DNA from: a virus
IMG/VR virus record: IMGVR_UViG_3300028812_000003
Span: 12,515 to 76,514 of that record
DNA: 64,000 bases
Direction: 5' to 3' (one strand)
This document shows positions 16,661 to 26,325 of this stretch, in pieces. The translations under genes and the position numbers were made by a program. A model generated the notes under the pieces. It saw nothing but the letters and a program-made list of their open reading frames with translations. It was not told where the DNA came from and did not search any database. Position 1 is the first letter of the stretch. Each line of letters opens with the position of its first letter.

Positions 16661-17197
16661 CTAGAAGGGCATGACGTGCAGGCGCCGGGACAGGAAGGTT
16701 CCGGTCCCGCCGGCGACCCGGTACTTCATCGTGAAGGTGTTGGACCCGGCGGTCAGGTCGCTGTGGAAGACCGCGTTCCCGGCGACCTGGCCGACCCCGG
16801 CCGCGCCGAAGGTGGCCAGGCCCCGGTTGTCGGAGGCGGACATGGACGTGGCGCCGCTGATGTCGAACGCGACGCGGGACGAGGACGCGCTGGTGTTCGT
16901 CATGGACGCGGAGAACAGGATCAGGGCGCAGTTGCTGGTGTCGACGGTGACGGCCGGGCCGGGGCCGGTGTCCAGGTCGCCGAAGGACGTGGACGTGGTG
17001 GTGCCGCTGCTCAGGTCGACGCCCACCTTCGCGGTGCGTTCGACGATCTGGTTGGTGGCGACGGTGGTGAACCAGGACCCCGGGGTGGTCGCCTTGGCGG
17101 GCGCGACCTCGGCGAGGTTGTCGCGGATGAAGGTGTTGAACTGCGCCGCCGTGAAGACGGAGCCCGCGATGGCGGTCATGGGTGCGGTCCAGGCCAT
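16661..17197 (-). CDS. Minor tail protein, paralog 2
   Basis: MAWTAPMTAIAGSVFTAAQFNTFIRDNL; S/T/G-rich; tail region. Confidence 0.75.
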   Translation of the reverse strand: MAWTAPMTAIAGSVFTAAQFNTFIRDNLAEVAPAKATTPGSWFTTVATNQIVERTAKVGVDLSSGTTTSTSFGDLDTGPGPAVTVDTSNCALILFSASMTNTSASSSRVAFDISGATSMSASDNRGLATFGAAGVGQVAGNAVFHSDLTAGSNTFTMKYRVAGGTGTFLSRRLHVMPF

Positions 17198-17206
17198 GGG
17201 GTCACC

Positions 17207-17746
17207 TCAGAAGGGGAGGACGATCAGTTCGCGGTTGCCGAAGGTCCCGGAGCCCGAGCCGACGAGGTACTTCATCGTGAAGGTGTTGATGCCGGGGGTC
17301 AGGGTGTCGAACAGGTGGGACGTGCCCATGCGCCAGACGTTGCCGGCCGCCGCGCCGTCGCGGACCAGGCGCCAGGCGGGGGACGGGGCGATGCTGGACG
17401 CGCCCGAGACGCCGACGGACACGGTGGAGGCGCCGTTGCTCACGGTGTTGTTGAGGTCGGCGGAGAACATGACCAGCGCGCGGCTGCTGGTGGGGACGGT
17501 CACCCGGGGCCCGACGGTGGCGAGGTCCGCGTAGGTCATCGACGTGGTGCCCTGGCTGGTGAGTACGGAGTCCTGCGCGAGCTGTCGCGCGGCGAGGGCG
17601 TTGGGCCCGGTGGAGACGAAGAACTGGGCGTCGCTCGTCGCCTTGGCGGCGGGGCACTCCAGCAGGTTGTCGCGGACGAAGGTGTTGAACTGGCTCGCGC
17701 TGAACGTCGCGCCGGCCACGGCGGTCATGGGTGCGGTCCAGGCCAT
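17207..17746 (-). CDS. Minor tail protein, paralog 1
   Basis: MAWTAPMTAVAGATFSASQFNTFVRDNL; colinear with the next gene. Confidence 0.75.
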   Translation of the reverse strand: MAWTAPMTAVAGATFSASQFNTFVRDNLLECPAAKATSDAQFFVSTGPNALAARQLAQDSVLTSQGTTSMTYADLATVGPRVTVPTSSRALVMFSADLNNTVSNGASTVSVGVSGASSIAPSPAWRLVRDGAAAGNVWRMGTSHLFDTLTPGINTFTMKYLVGSGSGTFGNRELIVLPF

Positions 17747-17791
17747 CGTTCAGGCCACCTCCAAAGGACGCTTATCGAAACGAATTAGTTT

Positions 17792-17877
17792 CGGTACTCC
17801 CGGTACCGTGTGCTCCCCATTACGTATAGGAGAGGCCAATTTCACGGTTAACCTGACAACACGGTACCGGCGGTACC
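17792..17877. repeat. 86-bp GGTACC-bracketed AT-rich element, copy A (ori-like)
   Basis: Paired GGTAC(C) boxes at both ends, core TATA..ATTTCA..GTTAAC; about two-thirds identical to 62024-62109. Confidence 0.7.
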
Positions 17878-17915
17878 TGATCTTGCTGTGTGCCCCCACC
17901 TGCGGATTTTCGACC

Positions 17916-18359
17916 TTAACCCTTATAGCGCCTAACGTTTCCCGAAGCCCTCCAGGGGCCGCAGGCACGCCCTCCGCGCACACCGTGCGCCTCACCCTCC
18001 GCCTCCAGATCCCGCACGCTCTGCCCGTGGGGCAGGCCGAAACGCAGCGCCACCGGATGGTCCGTCGGGTACCAGTTCCGCGTGTTCGGCACCGGCCTGC
18101 GGGCCAGCACCGCGAGGATGGCGTGCCGGTCGTCCGGCCACGAGACCGGCGCCTGCATCCCGCAGTACGAGCACAGGAAGAACCCGACCTCCGCGTCCCT
18201 CGGCCCGCCCATGCGCGACGGCCGCAGCAGGAACTCCGCATTGCCGCAGCCGGCCCGGTCGGGCGCGGCCCCGGGGCGCGGGCAGTCCGCCACCCACTCC
18301 CCCGCGTACACGTACGCCCTCGCCACCGCCACCCGCTCCTGCGGCACTTCCATCCCCAT
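17916..18359 (-). CDS. Hypothetical tail-region protein with Cys motifs
   Basis: MGMEVPQER...WVADCP...CGNA...CSYCG...RNW; GGGAGG RBS. Confidence 0.65.
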   Translation of the reverse strand: MGMEVPQERVAVARAYVYAGEWVADCPRPGAAPDRAGCGNAEFLLRPSRMGGPRDAEVGFFLCSYCGMQAPVSWPDDRHAILAVLARRPVPNTRNWYPTDHPVALRFGLPHGQSVRDLEAEGEAHGVRGGRACGPWRASGNVRRYKG

Positions 18360-18370
18360 CGCTGCCTCCC

Positions 18371-21300
18371 TCATGTGCCCAACTTCCCGACGTCGAACTG
18401 ACCCTGGACCGGGTCGTCGAACACGAACACCTCGTCGGCCGCGTCCGCCACCGTCAGGTCGAACACGCCCTGGTCGAACCCCGCGCCGCGCTGGTCGAAC
18501 GTGAACACGTTCTCCGGGACCAACAGGTCCCGCTCGCAGCCGAGGACCACCGAGTGCACCGGCGGCTGCCCCGCCCGGTTGAACCGCTGAATGGAGTGCG
18601 CGACCCGCTCCACGAAGAAGTCCGCGTCCAGCCCCATCTCCTCGTTGACGATGCGGACGCGGTCGCTGACGGTGCGTCGCACCACCTGCATGAAGTGCGC
18701 GGGGTCGCTGGAGGTGATCCGGAGTTGCACCGTGGGCCGCCGCCGTGCGTAGTGCAGCAGGATCATCCCGGCGATGGCCTCCGCGTCCGCCGGCGAGGCC
18801 CACGGCGCGCTGTCCGGGTAGGACCGCTCCCCGTGGCGGCCGACCGAGCCGGGGTCGGTCATCGACACCCGCACCGTGCGCTGCACCCCCAGCGACCGCG
18901 CCCGGAGCTGAAGCCGTGTCACCTCCAGCGGCCCGCCCACCGCGCGCACCGTCAGCGTCGCCGACGCGCCCGAGCGGCGGTCGAGCTGGAGGGACGGCAC
19001 CCCGCCGCCCGAGCTGAAGTAGGTGACGTCCGTACCCAGCACCGGCAGCACCGCGCCCACGAACGGCTCCGAGACGTTGACCGCGACGTCCACCGACTGC
19101 CCCGGCGCGAGGCTGTACGTCGACTCGTCGGACCACACCGCCTCCAGCACCGGCGCCGGGCTGCGCTCCTCCACGTCGAACGCCACCACGTTGACGATGT
19201 CCCGCCAGCCGTGGGCGTAGGTGAACGGCTTGGTGAAGTCGTACCCCTCGGCGGGCGCCCCGGCCGCGCAGTCCCCCAGCCGCCCGGCGGTGAACGTCGC
19301 CCGGGACGTGAGCGACGCCTGCCGCAGCAGCCGGTGGTGCCGGTCCCGGAAGACGAACGTCCCGTCCGGGGCGACGTAGGCGACGGCCGGCGGGCCCTCC
19401 GACTTCACCAGGTCGTTGATGGCGCTCAGCGCGTCGGTGCCCTCCAGCCACCAGTACCGCACCACCGAGGCGCCCGGGTCGATGTCCCGCCCTCCGGTCC
19501 ACCCGGCCAGGTCCAGCACAGCGCGGACGAGGTCGCCCGTGCGCATTGACGTGTAGACGGCCGTCGACAGCTTCACGCCCGCCAGATCGTTGAGACCGTC
19601 GAGAAAGGTGAACTCCGCCGTGCGGTCGGCGAAGTCCGCGTGCACGTTGTAGTCGTCGGTGCGGCCCGTGAACAGGGGGTACGTCTGGCCGTTGAACGTC
19701 ACCGACCCGCCCATCAGCCGGGCCGGGTCCAGGTCCCCGTACAGCGGGCTGCCGGTGTTCTCCGGACTGTAGCGCCGGCTGGTGTTGTTCACGGTGAACC
19801 CGGCGGAGCCGACGGCGGCCGGACTGAGCTGCCGTTCCTGGTCGCGGCCGTAGCTCACCGACACGTCCGAGACGATGTCCCCGGTCACGTCCTCGGTGTC
19901 GGCCGTGAACGACGCGGTGAAATCGTCGAACAGGAACGTCACCGGCAGCGTGTTGGTCGTGCTGCCGCCCAGAAGGGTGCGCACGCCGACCGCCCCGGCG
20001 GCCGTCAGATCGGGGTCCGTGGCGGACACCTGCCAGCCGGGCTCCGCGCTCCCGGCGGGCCACACCTTGGCCAGCAGCCGGTTGCCCGCCACGCGCAGCC
20101 GCACCGCGTAGGCCGCCCCGGCGGCGTGCGTCAGCCCGGTGGCCCCGGTGGCAAGGACGACCTCTGTGCCGCCCACCCGCTTGCGCAGCGTCGGGACGAC
20201 GGCACCCGTGGACGCCATTTGCACACGGACGAAATAGAAGTTGTTCGCGTCGGTGTGCCGGGCCATCAGGTACACGTACATGCTGTCCGAAGCGGCGGTC
20301 TGGTCGACGGAGAAGGTGACGCGCAGGTCCGTGTCCGGCGAGGACGCGGGCACGGTGGAGAAGCGGGACGCGCTGCGCGTGCTCACCGCGTGCACACCGG
20401 CGGAGCCGTTGACGGAGAAGTTGGACGCGATGGACCCCGTCGACCACGCCTGACCGCTGTCGGCCGTACCCCAGCCGCCTGTGACGCTGCGGCCGAAGGT
20501 GTCAGCCGCGTACGCCGCGCCCACCGCCTCGGTGTCTCCGATGGTCCCGTCACCGCTCCAGTCGATGGCAAACCGGTAACGGGGCAGACCCTGCTCCCCG
20601 CACAGGTCCCACCCACCCGGCTGCGTGACCACCGTCGGGCTGTTCGCCGTCGCGGACACGGCGGCCGAGCCGGGCAGCGCGAAGGCGGCGACGGTGACGG
20701 GCTTCAAGGCGACGGACCACATCGTGGACCCGCCCGCGCACAGGCCGTCACCGCCGGTGGCGAAGGTCGCGCGGACCGCCTGCGCACCGGGGGTGATGGT
20801 GGAGTCGGAGTCGTACAGCGAGGCGAACAGTTCGCCCATGCCGTCGTTGTCGTCGACCCGCTTGGTGTTGGTGCCGCCGGCGATGGTCGTGGACCGCGCG
20901 CCCCAGGCGGAGCCGGTGCGCAGCGTCAGCAGCCAGTCCCCGTCGGCCACGGTGGTGAGCTGCGGGTGCGTCTGCGAGGACGCCGTGCCGGCGGTGCCGA
21001 CGGCCGCGAACTTCTCGATGGGCCCGGCCGGGTCGACCCCGGAGTAGGCGACCGCGAACCCGAGCACGTACGGGCTGCCCGTCGGCCACGGCTCCCGGGA
21101 GAAGGTGAACAGCGCACCCGAGGTCGACCCGCTGGTGGCCACCCGGTAGTAGACCCGCGTCTGCACCCGGGAGTAACTGGCCCCGGACGGCGTCTGCCCG
21201 GCGCTGGCCTTGCTCAGCAGCGTCCAGCCGGCCGGTGTGGCGGGGCCGGTGTTGCTGTCGTAGGCGAGGACGATCAGCAGCAGGTCCCCGGCCTGATGGC

Positions 21301-21388
21301 CCGGGGGCATGGGGACCACCTGCCAGGTGGGCGACACACCGATGTTGGCCTTGACCGAGGCGCCTGCGGAACGGAAGGCGATAGGCAT
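18371..21388 (-). CDS. Large minor tail protein
   Basis: 1005 aa directly after the tape measure gene; beta-rich. Confidence 0.8.
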   Translation of the reverse strand: MPIAFRSAGASVKANIGVSPTWQVVPMPPGHQAGDLLLIVLAYDSNTGPATPAGWTLLSKASAGQTPSGASYSRVQTRVYYRVATSGSTSGALFTFSREPWPTGSPYVLGFAVAYSGVDPAGPIEKFAAVGTAGTASSQTHPQLTTVADGDWLLTLRTGSAWGARSTTIAGGTNTKRVDDNDGMGELFASLYDSDSTITPGAQAVRATFATGGDGLCAGGSTMWSVALKPVTVAAFALPGSAAVSATANSPTVVTQPGGWDLCGEQGLPRYRFAIDWSGDGTIGDTEAVGAAYAADTFGRSVTGGWGTADSGQAWSTGSIASNFSVNGSAGVHAVSTRSASRFSTVPASSPDTDLRVTFSVDQTAASDSMYVYLMARHTDANNFYFVRVQMASTGAVVPTLRKRVGGTEVVLATGATGLTHAAGAAYAVRLRVAGNRLLAKVWPAGSAEPGWQVSATDPDLTAAGAVGVRTLLGGSTTNTLPVTFLFDDFTASFTADTEDVTGDIVSDVSVSYGRDQERQLSPAAVGSAGFTVNNTSRRYSPENTGSPLYGDLDPARLMGGSVTFNGQTYPLFTGRTDDYNVHADFADRTAEFTFLDGLNDLAGVKLSTAVYTSMRTGDLVRAVLDLAGWTGGRDIDPGASVVRYWWLEGTDALSAINDLVKSEGPPAVAYVAPDGTFVFRDRHHRLLRQASLTSRATFTAGRLGDCAAGAPAEGYDFTKPFTYAHGWRDIVNVVAFDVEERSPAPVLEAVWSDESTYSLAPGQSVDVAVNVSEPFVGAVLPVLGTDVTYFSSGGGVPSLQLDRRSGASATLTVRAVGGPLEVTRLQLRARSLGVQRTVRVSMTDPGSVGRHGERSYPDSAPWASPADAEAIAGMILLHYARRRPTVQLRITSSDPAHFMQVVRRTVSDRVRIVNEEMGLDADFFVERVAHSIQRFNRAGQPPVHSVVLGCERDLLVPENVFTFDQRGAGFDQGVFDLTVADAADEVFVFDDPVQGQFDVGKLGT

Positions 21389-24300
21389 CAGGCGGTCCCT
21401 CCCAGCGCCTTGGGCAGACGGCCTTTACGGCGGAGCTGGTCCAGGGACGACACCAGCCAGTCCTCCGTCTCCCGGCGGGAGCCGATCACCCCGTGGTTCT
21501 CCACGGTCAGGTGGACCACGCCCCCGCCGGTGGGCGCGGCGGCCTGGCGCAGCGAGGCGCGGTGGCTGCGGATGCGGGTCCCGGCGGGCAGCTTCATCAG
21601 CTCCGGGCCCAGCTCGCCCGTCCAGTGCCAGCCCGGCGCGGAGCCGTCGGTGCCCAGTGCGTAGCCGCCGGGCCGGTTGTATGCCCGGGGCAGCGAGCCG
21701 TACGCCGACAGCGCGTACCGCATCGAGGAGTAGATGTTGGCGAGCGGGTTGATCGACGTGCCGTACATGAACGGGCCGGTCTTGCGGAACCGGCCTGCGT
21801 GCGCCTGGAAGGTCGGGCGGATCACCTGCATGAGGCCGACCGAGGGGTATCCGCGCTTGGCGTTGATGTCCCAGAGGTTGACCGCCCGGGGGTTGCCCCC
21901 GGACTCCTGGTTCATCCGGCGCAGGGTGATGTTGGTGTACGCGGCCGGCTGGCCGACGAGGCGGAGCGCCTGCTGGACGACGCCGGACCACCGCTTGACG
22001 CCGGACCCTCCGATGTCCACGTTGCCGCCTCCGCCGCCGAAGCCGAGCAGGTCCGTGCCGACCGACCTCACCGCGCGGATGAGGCCGTCCACGGCCATGC
22101 GCGGGATGCGCGCGGCCATGCGCGCCCACGGGCTCTTGCCGATGGCCGCCGTGATCCTCTTCAGCGGGCCCATCAGCAGATCCTTGGCCTTGCCGACCGG
22201 GTTGCTCAGGAAGTCCAGCGCGCCCTTGCCGAAGTTGGCGCCCTTCTCCAGCGCGGAGCCGATGGCGCCCTTGATGGAGCCGAGGATGCCGCCGGACTCC
22301 ATCATCGGGATGCCGAGGTGGTGTCCGGCCGCCTGCCACAGCGCACGCGCCCGCGAGCCGTACCGGGGGTCCGTCGGGATGACGTATTCGGGCCGTGTCG
22401 TGTTGCCCTCGCCGACGATGGCGGTCGGCCGGTTGAAGACACCCATCGGCTCGCGCGGGCCCACGGTGCCGCCGGACTCCAGCAGTTTGACCGGCTTCAG
22501 CCTGTTGTCCAGGCCGATCCAACTGGTGATCTTGCCCCAGATGTTGACCAGGCCCTTGTTCCAGATCTTGTCCAGCACCCAGTTCACGGGCGCCTTCGTC
22601 TTGCTGCGGATGCCGGACCAGATGGAGCCGATGCCGTCACGCATCTCCCGGAAATACCCCTTCACCTTGTCGCGCAAGGTCCGCGCCCAGCCGGGGATCG
22701 TCCGGGTGAAGAAGTTGCCGATGGGCGAGAAGACCCGGGACCGGATGGAGCCGTAGGCGTCGGCGAGCCCGTCGCGCAGGCTCCGCCAGGCGCCGGTGAC
22801 CTTGTCCCGCGCGTTGCGCGCCCCGGTCGGAATCCTCCGGGTGAAAAAGTCGCCGATGGGTGCGAAGACCCTGTTGCGGACGGACTCGTAGACCCCGGCG
22901 AGCCGGTCGCGCAGACCGGTCCACGCGCCCACCACGCGGTCGCGCGCCGTGCCCGCCCAGCCGGGGATCGTCTTGGTGAAGAACCGGCCGATGGGTGAGA
23001 GCACCTGGTCTTTGAGGCCGAGCCAGACGGCGAGCACGTTCGCCACCATCACCCGCCAGGCCATCTCCACCTTCGTGCGCAGGGCCCCGGCGGCGGCCGG
23101 CAGCTTCTGCGTGAAGAACCGCCCTATGGGGCCGAAGACCTTGTCGCGCAGCCAGTCCCAGGCGCCGGTGAAGAAGTTGACGAAAGGCCCGGAGAACCAC
23201 GCTCCGACGGCCCGCGCCGCGTCGGCGATACCGCCCAGCGCGCCCTTGACGATGTTGCGGAAGGTCTCCGACTTCTTCCACAGCAGCACGAACACGGCGC
23301 CGAGGGCGACGAGCAGGCCGATCACGATGCCGATGGGTGAGGAGATCATCGCCACGGCCAGCACGCGGAAGGCGGCCGTGGTCAGCACGACTGCCAGGCG
23401 TACCGCCACCATCGCGTAGCGGAAGGCGAGCATGGCCGCGCGGCCCACCCTCATCGCCGTGGTGTGCAGCCACGTCGCCGCCGCTGCCGCCCGGGAGGCC
23501 GCCGCCGAGGCGACGAGGGTGACCCGGTGCGCGATCATCGTGGCGCGGCTGGCGTAGACGGCTCCCGAGGCGGCGGTGACCGACGTGCGGAACAGCCACG
23601 TGGCGGCCGTCGCAGCCGCCTGGTAGATGCGGTACAGCTTCAGCGCCGCGTTGACGGCGAGGATCGCCGGGACGAGCAGCTTCAGCACCGGCGTGGGAAT
23701 GGCGGCGACGATCTGCGCGAACACCTGGAGCATGAGCAGGCCGAACCCGCCCATCGGCCCGGCGGCCGAGGCGATGTCCGCCAGTGCCGAGCCGAACTCG
23801 GACAGGGCCGGGACGGCCGCCCGCGCCCGCTCCATGAACAGGGCGAAACTCTCGGACTTCCCGAGGCCCGCGCCGAAGTCGGCGAACCGCTGCGTCAGCT
23901 CCACCAGCCCGCCCGACACCTCGGACTGCGCGGGCATGAACGCGTTGACCATGCCGACCACGCCGACGGTGATGTTCTTGACCGACTCCAGGAAGTTGCC
24001 GAGCGCGCTGCCCGCGTTGCCCTGGAGGTTCGCGCCGAACTCCCGGAAGACACGGCCGGCCTGGCCCTCGCCGAGCGAGGCGGTGAACTCCTTGATCTCG
24101 CGCGAGGCGATGCGCACGAACGGGGTCAGCTTGGGCAGCATCTCCCGCAGCTTGTTGATGCCTGCGGTGAAGATCGGCATGGTGGTGCCGGACAGGCTGT
24201 CCGACCACTTGTCGATGTCGTCCTTCAGGCCCTCGAACGCCTTGGCCGTCTCCCGGGTGGCCGGGGTCATGGCCTTCATCTTCTCGTCGTAGATGGCCTG

Positions 24301-24753
24301 TGACCGGCGGGCGGTGTTGGTCGTGGTGGTGACCTCGCCCAGCGCCCGGTTGTACTCCTGCGCCTTGGCCTTGGCCTCCGCAGACATGTCGGCCGTGATC
24401 TTGATTTGCTGGCCGTACTTGACGCCCATGTCCTTGGCCAGCTTTTGCGCGTTGGCCTTGGCGATGGTCGCCTTCTCCTGCGCCTCCTCGGCCGCGTCCA
24501 GCTTCTCCCCGGCCTCGGTGATCTTCTGGAACTGCGGGACGACGGCCGCCGCGAAGCCGCCCGCCGCCGCGCCGGCGGACATCAGGGACGCGGTCATCGC
24601 GCCGACACCCGCCGTCACGGCCGCCGTCACGGGGAGGATCGCCGTGGACAGGGCCGAGGCACCGATGGACCCGAGGCCCTTGACTGCCTTCATCGCCGGC
24701 GACGTGTCGGCGTCGATCCGGACGAAGCCGGTCCCGATGAGAACGCCAGCCAT
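21388..24753 (-). CDS. Tape measure protein with C-terminal lytic transglycosylase domain
   Basis: Ala-rich, hydrophobic centre, PIGxFFT repeats, QESGGN...GLMQ SLT motif. Confidence 0.92.
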   Translation of the reverse strand: MAGVLIGTGFVRIDADTSPAMKAVKGLGSIGASALSTAILPVTAAVTAGVGAMTASLMSAGAAAGGFAAAVVPQFQKITEAGEKLDAAEEAQEKATIAKANAQKLAKDMGVKYGQQIKITADMSAEAKAKAQEYNRALGEVTTTTNTARRSQAIYDEKMKAMTPATRETAKAFEGLKDDIDKWSDSLSGTTMPIFTAGINKLREMLPKLTPFVRIASREIKEFTASLGEGQAGRVFREFGANLQGNAGSALGNFLESVKNITVGVVGMVNAFMPAQSEVSGGLVELTQRFADFGAGLGKSESFALFMERARAAVPALSEFGSALADIASAAGPMGGFGLLMLQVFAQIVAAIPTPVLKLLVPAILAVNAALKLYRIYQAAATAATWLFRTSVTAASGAVYASRATMIAHRVTLVASAAASRAAAAATWLHTTAMRVGRAAMLAFRYAMVAVRLAVVLTTAAFRVLAVAMISSPIGIVIGLLVALGAVFVLLWKKSETFRNIVKGALGGIADAARAVGAWFSGPFVNFFTGAWDWLRDKVFGPIGRFFTQKLPAAAGALRTKVEMAWRVMVANVLAVWLGLKDQVLSPIGRFFTKTIPGWAGTARDRVVGAWTGLRDRLAGVYESVRNRVFAPIGDFFTRRIPTGARNARDKVTGAWRSLRDGLADAYGSIRSRVFSPIGNFFTRTIPGWARTLRDKVKGYFREMRDGIGSIWSGIRSKTKAPVNWVLDKIWNKGLVNIWGKITSWIGLDNRLKPVKLLESGGTVGPREPMGVFNRPTAIVGEGNTTRPEYVIPTDPRYGSRARALWQAAGHHLGIPMMESGGILGSIKGAIGSALEKGANFGKGALDFLSNPVGKAKDLLMGPLKRITAAIGKSPWARMAARIPRMAVDGLIRAVRSVGTDLLGFGGGGGNVDIGGSGVKRWSGVVQQALRLVGQPAAYTNITLRRMNQESGGNPRAVNLWDINAKRGYPSVGLMQVIRPTFQAHAGRFRKTGPFMYGTSINPLANIYSSMRYALSAYGSLPRAYNRPGGYALGTDGSAPGWHWTGELGPELMKLPAGTRIRSHRASLRQAAAPTGGGVVHLTVENHGVIGSRRETEDWLVSSLDQLRRKGRLPKALGGTA

Positions 24754-25100
24754 CTACAACATCACCCCTTGAGCCGCGAGGAACGCCTGGCTTGCGTCCT
24801 CGTCGCCGTGCCACCAGTACGGCGCTCCCTCTTCGACCTCCACCGGGGCGGGCGCGTCCTGTCCGGGCACCCGCCACAGACGGACCTCCAGGTCGGAGTC
24901 CAGCCGCTGCTGCGCTGCGTCCTCGGGCTCGTTCTCGCCCGGCTCCGCCCGCTGGCTCATCTCGTAGTAGACGACGTTCAGGAACCGGTCGATGGGGAGG
25001 CTGCGGAGATCAACACCTCGCCCGGTGTACTGTCCGTCAAGGACATGCCAGGTACCGGGACGGAGCGCCCATCCGGCGAGGATGAGGGCGCTTCGGTAGG
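24754..25100 (-). CDS. Tail assembly chaperone C-terminal extension (probably reached by -1 frameshift)
   Basis: Open frame overlapping the chaperone 3' end (RPT vs PPY at CGCCCTACC), ending next to the tape measure start. Confidence 0.6.
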
Positions 25101-25409
25101 GCGGAGCCCGTACTCCTCCATGAGCCAGGTGACGATGTCCTCCACCTGGTCGATCTCGATGGGGTTCTCCCGGTCCCGCATGCGCGCGTTGAAGCGCTCC
25201 AGCGACTCCGGGAGCAGCACGACGTCCAGCAGGCTGCGGAACGCCTTGAGCTGCTGGTCGACGGTCGCCGACACGTCCATGCCGGCGAACTCCCTGGCGA
25301 AGTCCAGCAGCACCTCGGCAGGGACACCGCGCGCCGCCTGGAACACGTCCTCGTCCACGCGGAAGGTGATGTCCTTCCGCTTCTTGCTGAAGTCGCGCAT
25401 CTCGGTCAT
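24978..25409 (-). CDS. Tail assembly chaperone
   Basis: 143 aa upstream of the tape measure gene, WLMEEYGLRPT. Confidence 0.75.
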   Translation of the reverse strand: MTEMRDFSKKRKDITFRVDEDVFQAARGVPAEVLLDFAREFAGMDVSATVDQQLKAFRSLLDVVLLPESLERFNARMRDRENPIEIDQVEDIVTWLMEEYGLRPTEAPSSSPDGRSVPVPGMSLTDSTPGEVLISAASPSTGS

Positions 25410-25457
25410 GCGCGCACGGTAAGCCCACCGCGTAGCATGATCGTTCCGGTGGCCCCG

Positions 25458-25823
25458 TCAGCCCATGCGCAGGGCCTTGGTCATGAACGGGTTCGGCTTC
25501 GTCCCCGGGTGGTTGACGACCCGGGCGAACACCGTGCGGCCCTTCACGGAGAACTTCAGCACCTGCCGGGTGCGCGGGTAGATGCGGTGCGGCCTCGTCC
25601 CGTTGTGGACGTACATCGTGGCGGGGTGGTTGGACTCCACGCGCACGTGCCGGCCGACGACGACCGCGCGTACCTTGCGGCCCATCTTCCCCGGGGCCAT
25701 GCGCCGGGCGTTGCGCTGCACCCGGCGGGCCTTGCGGACCAGTTCCTTCATCACCGGCGAGTCCGGGGACAGCAGCAGGCCGTTGACCCCGTCGGCGCGG
25801 ATCTCGATGCGCGCGGCGGGCAC
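25458..25823 (-). CDS. HK97 gp10-like tail completion protein
   Basis: Basic; YVHNGT...HPGTKPNPFM. Confidence 0.7.
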   Translation of the reverse strand: MPAARIEIRADGVNGLLLSPDSPVMKELVRKARRVQRNARRMAPGKMGRKVRAVVVGRHVRVESNHPATMYVHNGTRPHRIYPRTRQVLKFSVKGRTVFARVVNHPGTKPNPFMTKALRMG

Positions 25824-25824
25824 G

Positions 25825-26325
25825 TCAGCCCCGCACCAGACAGACGCGGACGGTCAGGGTCACGCCCACACACCCGCCCTCCGGGCCGGCCGGCTCCACC
25901 GGCGTGACGAGGTAGTCCAGCACCTCGTCGTCCTCCTTGAGACGGCACAGCAGCGCGGACACCGCGTCCAGCATCTCGGTGGCGTCCTGGAGCAGCAGGC
26001 CCGCCGCCGTGTCCAGTTCGTCGGCCGGCGGGGCAGCCTCCACGCCGTCCGGGTTGGGCGCGCAGCGCACCACCGCCACGGTGAACTGGCCCACCTCGTA
26101 CGGCGGCTGGCAGGCGCCGTTGACCGCCTCCGACTCCTCGGGGAACCCCTCGGACAGGTACAGCCGGGACAGGGACACGGCGAGCATCCCGCCGCAGTCG
26201 CACGAGTCCCAGGCGACCTCCCCGGGGACCAGGCCGACGCGGGACGGCTTGGACGACAGGCCGTCCCGCACAGCGGTCACCAGGTGCGTGCCGACGGTGT
26301 ACCAGCGCGCGGCCCCTGCGATCAC
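25825..26325 (-). CDS. Putative tail terminator / head-tail joining protein
   Basis: Position; WDSCDCGG and GPEGGCVG motifs. Confidence 0.55.
   Translation of the reverse strand: MIAGAARWYTVGTHLVTAVRDGLSSKPSRVGLVPGEVAWDSCDCGGMLAVSLSRLYLSEGFPEESEAVNGACQPPYEVGQFTVAVVRCAPNPDGVEAAPPADELDTAAGLLLQDATEMLDAVSALLCRLKEDDEVLDYLVTPVEPAGPEGGCVGVTLTVRVCLVRG

Noticed and set aside
16661-17746. Diversity-generating retroelement or invertible tail cassette
   Set aside because: No reverse transcriptase in the window. Both copies are intact same-strand ORFs, with no adenine-specific pattern or flanking inverted sites noticed.
22560-23200. Repeated PIGxFFT units as a separate repeat element
   Set aside because: Normal tape-measure periodicity.
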